Assembly (NCBI GenBank): GCA_036745415.1
Contig: DAIOGF010000001.1
Location: 65,791 to 89,790 of the forward strand
Source: Candidatus Saccharimonadota bacterium
GTDB taxonomy: Bacteria > Patescibacteriota > Saccharimonadia > Saccharimonadales > UBA4665
Reading direction: 5' to 3'
DNA: 24,000 nucleotides
Shown here: one piece after another, positions 1 to 7,868 of the stretch
Position numbering within the stretch: position 1 is the stretch's first letter
Layout: each line of letters opens with the position of its first letter
The notes under the pieces: model-generated
Told to the model about the DNA's origin: nothing
The model's database searches: none
What the model saw: only the letters and a program-made list of their open reading frames with translations
Made by a program: the position numbers and the translations under genes

Positions 1-138
1 TCCAGCAAAATGGTAAATACTTAATACTACTGAGACTATTAAAATAAATGTACCTAAGGGAATAAAAACCAAAGGATGCTTAAAGGCATTTATGATGTCT
101 TCTTTAAGTTTAGATATTTTTTTATTGAAATTATTCAT
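1..138 (-). CDS. Partial CDS (first 46 codons; continues past the left window edge): N-terminally membrane-anchored protein, function unknown
   Basis: A minus-strand ATG at 138..136 opens a frame that stays open to base 1: MNNFNKKISKLKEDIINAFKHPLVFIPLGTFILIVSVVLSIYHFAG. It has a basic N-tail followed by one hydrophobic helix. It is absent from the ORF track because it is truncated. Confidence 0.35.
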   Translation of the reverse strand, partial: MNNFNKKISKLKEDIINAFKHPLVFIPLGTFILIVSVVLSIYHFAG

Positions 139-210
139 TACTAAGAATTATTGTTGGATGGAAATTAATTAACAGGTATCTAACAATTATTAATTATAAC
201 AGATAGTCGC

Positions 211-2337
211 TTAGAGTTTTTCTAGCTTAGCATAGGTAAGATTCAACTTTTTCATTCCTTGATTCTTAAAGTAGACAGCTACATTGTCCCCTTCGATTTC
301 CATGATAGTTCCATCACCAAACATTTGGTGCCTAACAACATCACCAATAAATAGGTCAGGGACGTAACTGGGCTCATCAGAAGTATTCTCAAATGAAACA
401 GTTAGTGGAGTATAAGTATTCTCAGTCTTAAATTCTCCGTCAATCTCACTTAAGAATCTTGATGGAATATTGTGCGACACAGATCCATATATCATTCTAG
501 TATTAGCATTAGTTAAGAACAGTTCACGCTTTGCTCTAGTCATTCCAACATAACAAAGTCTGCGTTCTTCTTCCATTTCGCTTGCTTCGTATAGAGCTCT
601 ACTGTGTGGGAATAAGCCCTCTTCCATTCCGATCATGAATACTACATCAAACTCTAGACCCTTAGCAGCATGGAGCGTCATGAGGGTTACAGTATTGTTA
701 TCGAAATTGGCATTGTCTACGTCAGAAATTAAAGCTACCTCTTCTAGGAATACTCCGAGTCCAAGCTCTTGGTATTCTAAAGCTACAGAAATTAATTCTT
801 TCACGTTCTCTACTCTAGCTTCACCCTGCAAAGTGCCATCATCTAAGTATTTAAGATATTCGATTCTTCGAATAAGCGAGTCGATTAGCCCTGAGAGTGA
901 GCTAGTTTCAACAATTCTTCTTAGACTATTTAGACTGTCAGCAAGATCAACAACTTGGCTCTTAGCTTTTGGAGTCAGGCCAGGGCAGAGGTCTGCTGAA
1001 TTTAGTGCCTTCTCGATTGAGCCTAGCGAATTGGCATAAGATAAAACTGCAGCCACACTCTTAGGTCCGATTCCCCTTGCAGGAATATTGATTATTCGCT
1101 CTAAACTAACTCTATCTTCTGGCTGATAAATTAATCTTAAGTAAGCAATAATGTCTTTAATTTCTTTACGGTCATAGAATCTAACTCCACCTACTATGTG
1201 GTAAGGAATATTGTATCTAATGAATGCCTCTTCTATTGATCTGGACTGAGCGTTTGTTCTATATAGCACGGCAAAATCTTTATACTTATATATACCCTCA
1301 TCAATTCTAGTTGTCATGTGTCTAATAATGCTCTCGGCTTCAGATCGTTCATTACTTAACGTCAGAATCTGAACTGGCATCCCGTAGCCCATTTCAGTCC
1401 AAAGCTGCTTATCGCTTCTAGCTGTGTTCTTAGAAATTATCATATGAGCGGCATCTAGAATGTTTTTTGTTGACCTATAATTTTGTTCCAATTTAATTAC
1501 GGTTGTATTTGGATAATCTTTTTCAAAATTCAATATATTTCTAAAGTCAGCACCACGCCATGAATAAATTGACTGCCAGTCATCTCCAACCACTGCAATA
1601 TTATTATTCTTATTTGTTAAATACTTTACCAATTTATACTGGGCACTGTTCGTATCCTGATACTCGTCAATCATGATGTACTTAAATTTGTCTTGCCATT
1701 TTTTTCTAACTTCCTTATTTGAACTAAATAGTTCTACAGCCTTATTTATAAGGTCATCAAAATCTAGCGCAGATGCTTCTCTTAGACTTTTTTGGTAAAT
1801 AGGGTAGGTGGATGCTGCGACTTTTTGAACAGGACTTATGGCCCTGCTCATATATTCATCTGGGGAGAGCATTTCATTTTTTGCAGATGAAATTAAACTT
1901 AATATTGTTCGAGGAGCAAAAGCTTTGTCTTCAATTCCCTGTTCCTTCAACGCTCTTTTTACAACTGCCATTTGATCCTGATCATCAAAAATAACGAAGG
2001 TATTTGGAATAGAAATATATTCTCCGTCGAGCCTTAGAAGCTTCACACATATTCCATGGAATGTACCCATGAATGGCATAAAACTAAAGCTACCTGCATT
2101 ACCACCAATTAGCTTAGCTACTCTTTCACGCATCTCTTTGGCTGCCTTATTAGTAAAAGTTACGGCCAATATTTCATCGGACTGCGCAAGATTATTTGAA
2201 ATTAAATAAGCTATACGATGTGTTAATGTTTTTGTTTTACCGCTTCCGGCTCCTGCTTGTATTAGAAGTGGACCCTCAGTAGTTTCAACTGCCCTTCTCT
2301 GTTCTTTATTTAAACCCTCTAGCAAGTTATTAATCAT
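211..2337 (-). CDS. pcrA: ATP-dependent DNA helicase, PcrA/UvrD (SF1A) family
   Basis: 708-aa ORF with the SF1 motifs: AGAGSGKTKTLTHRIAYLI (Walker A), MIDEYQDTN (motif II), VGDDWQSIYSWRGA (motif III), TLHAAKGLEF and YVGMTRAK (V/VI). The C-terminal GDVVRHQMFGDGTI tail is typical of PcrA/UvrD. Confidence 0.95.
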   Translation of the reverse strand: MINNLLEGLNKEQRRAVETTEGPLLIQAGAGSGKTKTLTHRIAYLISNNLAQSDEILAVTFTNKAAKEMRERVAKLIGGNAGSFSFMPFMGTFHGICVKLLRLDGEYISIPNTFVIFDDQDQMAVVKRALKEQGIEDKAFAPRTILSLISSAKNEMLSPDEYMSRAISPVQKVAASTYPIYQKSLREASALDFDDLINKAVELFSSNKEVRKKWQDKFKYIMIDEYQDTNSAQYKLVKYLTNKNNNIAVVGDDWQSIYSWRGADFRNILNFEKDYPNTTVIKLEQNYRSTKNILDAAHMIISKNTARSDKQLWTEMGYGMPVQILTLSNERSEAESIIRHMTTRIDEGIYKYKDFAVLYRTNAQSRSIEEAFIRYNIPYHIVGGVRFYDRKEIKDIIAYLRLIYQPEDRVSLERIINIPARGIGPKSVAAVLSYANSLGSIEKALNSADLCPGLTPKAKSQVVDLADSLNSLRRIVETSSLSGLIDSLIRRIEYLKYLDDGTLQGEARVENVKELISVALEYQELGLGVFLEEVALISDVDNANFDNNTVTLMTLHAAKGLEFDVVFMIGMEEGLFPHSRALYEASEMEEERRLCYVGMTRAKRELFLTNANTRMIYGSVSHNIPSRFLSEIDGEFKTENTYTPLTVSFENTSDEPSYVPDLFIGDVVRHQMFGDGTIMEIEGDNVAVYFKNQGMKKLNLTYAKLEKL

Positions 2338-2502
2338 CTAAATATATTACCAAATGTTCGTAATTTAATTAAAAAATCATTAAGGAAATTAACAGATAAA
2401 ATGATGTGTTTTTTAATCGAAATTTAATGTTTTTGGAATTTAGATTTCTATTTCAGAGCCAATTAATGGTTATATGCAAGATATTAAAGGAGTTAATATT
2501 TT

Positions 2503-2796
2503 ATGGAACACATCCAAACCATAATTTATCTAGCAGATGCCCAAGCAAGCATTGGACAAATAGATAATTTTATTAAGAGCATAATACAGGCCCTAGCCGG
2601 AATAGCCGGACTAGTAGCAACCGGATATTTCGTAGTTGGCGGTTTTAGCTATATTACTAGTAGTGGAAATCCGCAGAAATTAGAGAAAGCAAAACGTACG
2701 ATTACATTTTCTGGAATTGGCTTAGCAATTACCATCGGAGCATTTGTAATTAGCGATATTGTAAGCTCATTAGCAACTAAGGCATTTGGATCATAG
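2503..2796 (+). CDS. Type IV secretion system pilin-like protein (TrbC/VirB2-like, of the kind common in CPR/Gram-positive-type T4SS loci)
   Basis: 97 aa with two hydrophobic helices flanking a conserved loop, VGGFSYITSSGNPQKLEKAKRTI. AAGGAG lies about 10 nt upstream of the ATG. It is the first gene of a translationally coupled operon that contains VirB4. Confidence 0.65.
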   Translation: MEHIQTIIYLADAQASIGQIDNFIKSIIQALAGIAGLVATGYFVVGGFSYITSSGNPQKLEKAKRTITFSGIGLAITIGAFVISDIVSSLATKAFGS

Positions 2797-2798
2797 CA

Positions 2799-4136
2799 AT
2801 GTTTTACTTTGGGTTAATAAATAAAGATGTTGCTACAGCATTAAGTCCATATCTTCATGCGCTTTATTTACTAGCAGCTACTATATCTACCCTCTCAATA
2901 TTAGTTGGCGGATATCTATATATAACAAGTAGTGGAAATATTAATAAGTTAGAAAAAGCTAAAAAAGTTATTAGAAATAGTTTAATAGGATTAGTCGTAG
3001 TTCTATCGGCTTCATTCCTAACAAATTTTTTAGATCAGAAATCTAATCAGTCTTTAAATTTACCAAATGGTGTTCCAAAACTTGAAGTTTTGTCTCCAAA
3101 GAAGAGTGATTCAGGACTCGTTGATCTAATCATTAAAGCTATAACGGGTGTGTTTTCAAATGTAATTACTTCAATGACTGAGCCCATCGTGAATGGTTTT
3201 AACTATTTCTTAAGAGGCACTCCACTGCCCTCTAAAAATTCTCAGGTATTTAATTTGTGGCTAAGCGTACTTGCAATAGCTAATGGTCTATTCATATTGG
3301 TCTTAATTATGATGGGAATGCATCTTATGAGCTTCTCTATTCTAGGCCTGAATGAATTATCTCTAAGTAAATTAATAGGAAGCTCAATATTTGGATTTAT
3401 TTTAATGAATTCATCCATATTCATAATAGATGCCATTATCATTCTATCTAATAGCCTTATAAGAATAATTGAAAACTCGTCAGCATTTTACGTGTTTAAT
3501 TCGATCAAAGCAATAATTAATGACCCTAGTATCTTCTCATTGGCGGGTTCGATTATCTTAATAATATTTCTTGTCATAGCTGTAATATTAATGGTCTTTT
3601 ATCTAATGAGAATTATAGGGATATATTTAGGAGCGATACTTTCTCCGCTAATTATTCTACTTTGCTTAGTTCCTGCTTTTAAAGATCTAATGTATGGACT
3701 TATGAAGAAATATTTCTTGAATATAAATATTATTTTCATTCATATCATAATTTTAGAACTTGCCGGTTCTCTGATTAACAACATAGATTCGAATGGTGGT
3801 GGACTTATGAAAGTATTCTTAGCTTTAGCCTCTTTAATAACTCTAATTAAATCTCCCGCTGTTGCTTCGCAATTATCTAATGTAGCTACAGCTCCTAGAA
3901 TGGCAAGACAGTTTGCTGAAAAAATGATAATTACTACTAGCATGCTTGGTGGGGCAACTGCAACTGCCGGCGCGACAGTAGGCGCATTTAAGCAGAGTGT
4001 ATTTACGCCAAAATATGAATCAGGGGGCTATATGAGCGGTGAAGATTACGCCATAAAAGAGAATGTTCATAAAACCGCGGAGAAAATTAGAAATGGAGAA
4101 GCAAACATTAATGATCTAAAAGGACTTAAAAAATGA
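2799..4136 (+). CDS. Polytopic T4SS membrane protein: N-terminal pilin-like module fused to a VirB6/TrbL-like multi-TM domain
   Basis: 445 aa. Residues ~20-75 repeat the pilin module of the upstream gene (VGGYLYITSSGNINKLEKAKKVI). At least 6 predicted TM helices follow (LWLSVLAIANGLFILVLIMMG, IFGFILMNSSIFIIDAIIIL, SIILIIFLVIAVILMVFYLM, and others), then a hydrophilic tail. It starts 3 nt after the pilin stop and overlaps the next gene by ATGA. The VirB6 assignment rests on topology and operon position, not on a recognised motif. Confidence 0.55.
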   Translation: MFYFGLINKDVATALSPYLHALYLLAATISTLSILVGGYLYITSSGNINKLEKAKKVIRNSLIGLVVVLSASFLTNFLDQKSNQSLNLPNGVPKLEVLSPKKSDSGLVDLIIKAITGVFSNVITSMTEPIVNGFNYFLRGTPLPSKNSQVFNLWLSVLAIANGLFILVLIMMGMHLMSFSILGLNELSLSKLIGSSIFGFILMNSSIFIIDAIIILSNSLIRIIENSSAFYVFNSIKAIINDPSIFSLAGSIILIIFLVIAVILMVFYLMRIIGIYLGAILSPLIILLCLVPAFKDLMYGLMKKYFLNINIIFIHIIILELAGSLINNIDSNGGGLMKVFLALASLITLIKSPAVASQLSNVATAPRMARQFAEKMIITTSMLGGATATAGATVGAFKQSVFTPKYESGGYMSGEDYAIKENVHKTAEKIRNGEANINDLKGLKK

Positions 4137-4594
4137 GAATAAGTATTGTTCCCGCAGAAATGACAAGTGTAAAAGATAAAATAATCGGCAATCTCGAGCT
4201 CAAACAAATATTACTCCTTGCCACACCTCTCATCTTTGCAATATTTACATACATAGCCATTCCGCCATTCAATAAAACTAATAGCCCTAAGATAATCTTG
4301 TTTATTGTTTTTAGCTTTATAAGCTCTATTTTGTCCATCAATATATCTGGAGAATTAGTTCTTGAAATTATTATTAATGGTTTTAAGTATTTAATAAGAC
4401 CAAAAATTCACTTAAGCACAATAAAAAATCTAGAAGATGAAATATTGGAAGATTTAAAAAACAATGAAATATCTATGGAAAATTCTAGACCACCGGAAAT
4501 TAAAGATCGAATTAAATTAGATTTACCAAAAGGTAACGTAGCTTTCTATTTTAATAGAAAAGGAGCACTGAATGTTAGATTCTATAAACAATAG
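4133..4594 (+). CDS. PrgI-family / VirB3-like small T4SS membrane protein
   Basis: 153 aa. The N-terminus, VPAEMTSVKDKIIGNLELKQILLLATPLIFAIF, matches the PrgI-family pattern (K-I/F-x-x-G-L-x-x-x-Q followed by two TM helices). It sits immediately upstream of VirB4, as VirB3 does in canonical systems. Confidence 0.6.
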   Translation: MRISIVPAEMTSVKDKIIGNLELKQILLLATPLIFAIFTYIAIPPFNKTNSPKIILFIVFSFISSILSINISGELVLEIIINGFKYLIRPKIHLSTIKNLEDEILEDLKNNEISMENSRPPEIKDRIKLDLPKGNVAFYFNRKGALNVRFYKQ

Positions 4595-5198
4595 GAAATC
4601 GTCTTCTTCAAAACAAATAGAAATAAAAAAGATAGAAGACGGAATAGTTCAAATCGGTAAAGATAAATATGTATCAATAATTAGAACTGGATCAATTAAT
4701 TTCGAATTAAAAAATGAGAAAGAACAGGATTCAGTAATAGATTCTTATGAAAATCTACTTAACGGGCTCAATTTCCCTGTACAAATATTAATTCGAACTA
4801 GGGAGCTAGAAATTAAAGAGTACCTTCAAAGCATTAATGAATTAAAGCAATACGAGAATGAAACAATCTACAAAAATCTTATAGAAAAATACTCATCATT
4901 CATTAGAAATTTAGTTAAGGATAAAAAAATTATATCTAGACATTTCTATATAGTATTTGGCATTGATTCAAAAGATAGAAATATGTCTAGCATAAAGCAA
5001 CAATTAGATATTAAGTTGGATTACTTAAAAAGAAATCTAAATAACGTAGGTATAGAAATAAAGAAACTAGATAGTTTAGAGCTTATAGATCTATTTCATA
5101 GCTTCTATTCCCCACATTCGAATAAATATCAGCCGATAAGCCATGAATCACTACTGGCGCTTAATAATGAATATATAAGGAGAGGAAATGAAATATAA
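4572..5198 (+). CDS. VirB4-like protein, N-terminal domain encoded as a separate cistron
   Basis: 208 aa. IEIKKIEDGIVQIGKDKYVSIIRTGSINFELKNEKEQDSVIDSYENLLNGLNFPVQILIRTREL ... SRHFYIVFG follows the N-terminal pattern of Gram-positive (CD1110/TcpF/PrgJ-type) VirB4 ATPases. It overlaps the PrgI-like gene by 23 nt and the ATPase cistron by 11 nt. Confidence 0.6.
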   Translation: MLDSINNRKSSSSKQIEIKKIEDGIVQIGKDKYVSIIRTGSINFELKNEKEQDSVIDSYENLLNGLNFPVQILIRTRELEIKEYLQSINELKQYENETIYKNLIEKYSSFIRNLVKDKKIISRHFYIVFGIDSKDRNMSSIKQQLDIKLDYLKRNLNNVGIEIKKLDSLELIDLFHSFYSPHSNKYQPISHESLLALNNEYIRRGNEI

Positions 5199-6861
5199 TA
5201 AATTCAATTTAGGAATAGAAAATCTTACTGATAAATTTTCATATACATCCCTTAAAGAAAATATTGATCACATTATTATAGATAATCAATTTGTGAGAAT
5301 TTTATACATATCAGGATATCCATACGTAGCAAGTAACGGCTGGATGGAAAATCTTATTAAATTTAATTCAGATAATGATTTATCTTTCTTTATAGAACAA
5401 ATACCTGCAAATTTAGCTTTGCCTAAATTAAATAGAAAAATTACTGAATTAGAGTCAACCAGAAGAGCTATGCTAAAAGACGGTAAATTAGTATCTTCAG
5501 ATATTAATGATCCGCTTAGTTCGGCTATGGAGCTTAAAGATAAAATAATTCGCGGTCAAGAAAAATTATTTCAGTTTAGTATCTATATTGCACTCCGAGA
5601 AAATTCTATTGAAGATATAAATAAATCTACGAATTTACTAGAGACCATATTAGCTTCTAAATTATTCAATACAAGAACTGCATACCTTCAGCAAATAGAT
5701 GCTATGCAATCTGTGCTTCCTAGATTAGAGGATAAATTAAAACAAAAAAGAAATCTTAACTCAACATCCTCAGCCTTAACCTTCCCCTTCATATCTTCTG
5801 AGGTTTTCCATAAGGATGGAACTCTTTATGGAATTAATAAGTCCAATGATTCATTGGTTATTATAGACAGATTCAGTCTTAATAATGCTAATTCAATAGT
5901 GTTTGCTCAGAGTGGAAGTGGAAAAAGCTACTTATCTAAAATTGAGATATTAAGACAATTAATGATAGGAACACAGGTTATAGTTATTGACCCAGAAGAT
6001 GAATATAGGGATCTATGTAATCACGTTAAAGGACAGTATATAGATATTGATATAGATTCAGATAACCACATTAACCCTTTCGATATTTCCAATAAGAACA
6101 AAAAACAAAATTTGTCAGAATTTATTCAGGAACTAACAGAAATATTAGATTTACTTACTGAAGGCTTAGATGTATCAGAAAAAGCTGTAATAGATAAAGC
6201 TTTAACTTATCTTTATTCAAAAGCTAGATCCAATACTGATATCTCGGATTTATATAGATATTTAAAGAAAAATAAATTCAATTTACTTGCTAATAAATTA
6301 GAAAAATACGTTAAGGGAAGTTTGAAATCTTTATTTGTGAATAAAACCAATATTGATTTAGATAATAGATTAGTTGTATTTGGCATAAAGAACTTACCTA
6401 GTGGCATCAAGCAACTAATGATGTTAATAATCTCTAATTACATATCTAACAAAGTAAAAAATGACCCAGTCAAAAGGTTATTGGTAATAGATGAAGGTTG
6501 GATGTTGCTTGAGAATGATATCACAGCTCAATTTATTGCAGGACTAGTTAGGCGAGCAAGGAAATACTACTTGGGGGTATCAATAATTTCCCAACAAGCC
6601 AATGACTTTTTAAATAACAAATATGGTTCAGCTATAGCTTCTCAAAGTTCAATGAGAATATTATTAAAACAAGACACAACAAGTATAGATAGAGTTAGCC
6701 TTGATTTCTCTTTGAGTAACTATGAGAAATCTTTTCTTTTAAACTGCGGTAAAGGTGACGCACTATTCATTCTAGACAGAACTCATGTTGCGGTAGAAGT
6801 AATTGCCTCCAATGATGAGCACCCAATAATAACAACTAACCCTAAGGAAAAACATGAATAA
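5188..6861 (+). CDS. virB4: VirB4-family T4SS ATPase (central and C-terminal ATPase portion)
   Basis: 557 aa. FVRILYISGYPYVASNGWMENLI is the VirB4 mid-domain signature. Walker A is FAQSGSGKSY (GSGKS codons 5914-5928). Walker B is RLLVIDEGW (6481-6501). The arginine-containing RRARKYYLGVSIISQ motif is also present. AGGAGAGG lies directly upstream of ATG 5188. Confidence 0.88.
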   Translation: MKYNKFNLGIENLTDKFSYTSLKENIDHIIIDNQFVRILYISGYPYVASNGWMENLIKFNSDNDLSFFIEQIPANLALPKLNRKITELESTRRAMLKDGKLVSSDINDPLSSAMELKDKIIRGQEKLFQFSIYIALRENSIEDINKSTNLLETILASKLFNTRTAYLQQIDAMQSVLPRLEDKLKQKRNLNSTSSALTFPFISSEVFHKDGTLYGINKSNDSLVIIDRFSLNNANSIVFAQSGSGKSYLSKIEILRQLMIGTQVIVIDPEDEYRDLCNHVKGQYIDIDIDSDNHINPFDISNKNKKQNLSEFIQELTEILDLLTEGLDVSEKAVIDKALTYLYSKARSNTDISDLYRYLKKNKFNLLANKLEKYVKGSLKSLFVNKTNIDLDNRLVVFGIKNLPSGIKQLMMLIISNYISNKVKNDPVKRLLVIDEGWMLLENDITAQFIAGLVRRARKYYLGVSIISQQANDFLNNKYGSAIASQSSMRILLKQDTTSIDRVSLDFSLSNYEKSFLLNCGKGDALFILDRTHVAVEVIASNDEHPIITTNPKEKHE

Positions 6862-7354
6862 AACCATCTACATAATCTGTGGAGTAATTTTATTTATTCT
6901 CATCATTTCTCCGGTCATAGCTTTAGCCAATTTGACAGATTTAATTTCAATTAATAATCCAAATACCAATATCTTTAAAGATGTATATGTATATATGGGC
7001 CCAAATGTAGACGGGGATAATTACGTTTTCGGAAACTGCACATGGTGGGTGGCTTATTTAAAAATTAAAGAAGGTGATCCGATTCCAAATAACTGGGGAA
7101 ATGCAGCTACTTGGAGTTCGCGCTCTGTATTCGACGGATACCGTGTAGATCATTCACCTTCAGTAGGTTCTATAATGCAAGATTCATATGACGCAGGTGG
7201 ACTAGGACACGTTGCTATGGTTACATCCGTTGATATTTATGGAAATTGGACCATTAGCGAAATGAATTATATTGGATTAGATATTGTTGACAGTAGGAGC
7301 TTAAATTATAGCCAAAGTAACAAGTACAATTTTATTCATAAAGGAGGACTTTGA
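6854..7354 (+). CDS. Membrane-anchored CHAP-domain peptidoglycan hydrolase (VirB1-equivalent of Gram-positive-type T4SS)
   Basis: 166 aa. N-terminal anchor IYIICGVILFILIISPVIALA. The CHAP catalytic Cys sits in FGNCTWWVAY (Cys codon 7037-7039) and the catalytic His in GLGHVAMV (7208-7210). It overlaps virB4 by 8 nt. Confidence 0.8.
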   Translation: MNKTIYIICGVILFILIISPVIALANLTDLISINNPNTNIFKDVYVYMGPNVDGDNYVFGNCTWWVAYLKIKEGDPIPNNWGNAATWSSRSVFDGYRVDHSPSVGSIMQDSYDAGGLGHVAMVTSVDIYGNWTISEMNYIGLDIVDSRSLNYSQSNKYNFIHKGGL

Positions 7355-7433
7355 TGTAGAATATACAATCTTTAACTAATTACACAAAAATATATTTGAT
7401 ATTTAAAAAATTAGTAATCTAAAATGGAGTTAT

Positions 7434-7868
7434 ATGAAAAAAGAAGTAAATACTAAAGAAGATTTCAACACTACACTTATGAATAAAATTAATTTACTCA
7501 CAAGTGGTTTAGACTATCTAAAAGTAAGTATGGGTGAACTAAGAACTGAGCTTAAAAATGATATGGGTGAACTAAGAACTGAGCTTAAAAATGATATGGG
7601 TGAACTAAGAGGGAACATGAATGGAATTAAGGATGAAATTAATCAGATTAAATTGTCCATTGTTGATGTACGCAAACATGTAACTAGCATTGATGAAAAA
7701 TTGGCCATAAATAATTCAGAGATAGTAGCAGTAAGAAAAATTGCCTACGAAAATACTGAAGCAATTAAAACTCTAGATTATAAAGTAGACCATCTGTACG
7801 AAGACTTGAAGAAACAAATAGAAGACAATCGAGAAAATGATCAAGGATTAATACTAAAACACGCTTGA
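7434..7868 (+). CDS. Small soluble coiled-coil protein with tandem 11-aa repeats (MGELRTELKND), function unknown
   Basis: 144 aa with no TM helix and heptad-like charged/hydrophobic periodicity throughout. GGAG lies 4 nt upstream of the ATG. Its 3' end overlaps the convergent tpiA 3' end by 28 nt (7841-7868). Confidence 0.6.
   Translation: MKKEVNTKEDFNTTLMNKINLLTSGLDYLKVSMGELRTELKNDMGELRTELKNDMGELRGNMNGIKDEINQIKLSIVDVRKHVTSIDEKLAINNSEIVAVRKIAYENTEAIKTLDYKVDHLYEDLKKQIEDNRENDQGLILKHA
7530..7610 (+). repeat. In-frame 33-bp tandem repeat: two perfect copies plus a 15-nt partial third copy
   Basis: ATGGGTGAACTAAGAACTGAGCTTAAAAATGAT occurs at 7530-7562 and identically at 7563-7595. ATGGGTGAACTAAGA at 7596-7610 then diverges. 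Confidence 0.95.

Noticed and set aside
145-200. Imperfect inverted repeat (TTGTTGGAT ... ATCTAACAA) downstream of pcrA, a possible terminator
   Set aside because: The stem is short, AT-rich and mismatched, with an ~18-nt loop and no following T-tract on the relevant strand. This is not convincing evidence for an intrinsic terminator.
635-1039. 134-aa plus-strand ORF inside pcrA; the same applies to 1812-1994
   Set aside because: It lies entirely antisense to a helicase gene with all SF1 motifs. Its composition is low-complexity and S/T/L-rich, and it has no RBS. It is a shadow ORF.
211-2337. The UvrD-like helicase as part of a phage-defence system (for example, Gabija GajB-like)
   Set aside because: It is a full-length canonical PcrA/UvrD with the C-terminal Tudor-like tail. 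There is no adjacent nuclease or ATPase partner. The divergent neighbour is the T4SS operon.
3242-4341. Minus-strand ORFs 3242-3442, 3740-3943 and 4126-4341, antisense to the VirB6-like and PrgI-like genes
   Set aside because: These are antisense shadows of hydrophobic membrane-protein genes in AT-rich DNA. They would break an otherwise perfectly coupled plus-strand operon.
7396-7425. TTGATA-18 nt-TAAAAT promoter-like pair upstream of the coiled-coil gene
   Set aside because: The predicted transcription start would fall after the GGAG RBS at 7426-7429, so the promoter and SD readings conflict. It cannot be resolved from sequence alone.
7530-7610. The 33-bp direct repeats as a possible mini-CRISPR array
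   Set aside because: The copies are strictly tandem with no spacers, are in frame within a coiled-coil ORF, and no cas genes are present.
2503-7868. Possibility that the T4SS genes mark an integrative conjugative element or plasmid-derived island
   Set aside because: The window contains no integrase, relaxase, coupling protein, replication or partition genes, flanking tRNA, or direct repeats. I saw no obvious compositional break by eye. Both flanks are core housekeeping genes. The possibility cannot be fully excluded without the rest of the genome.
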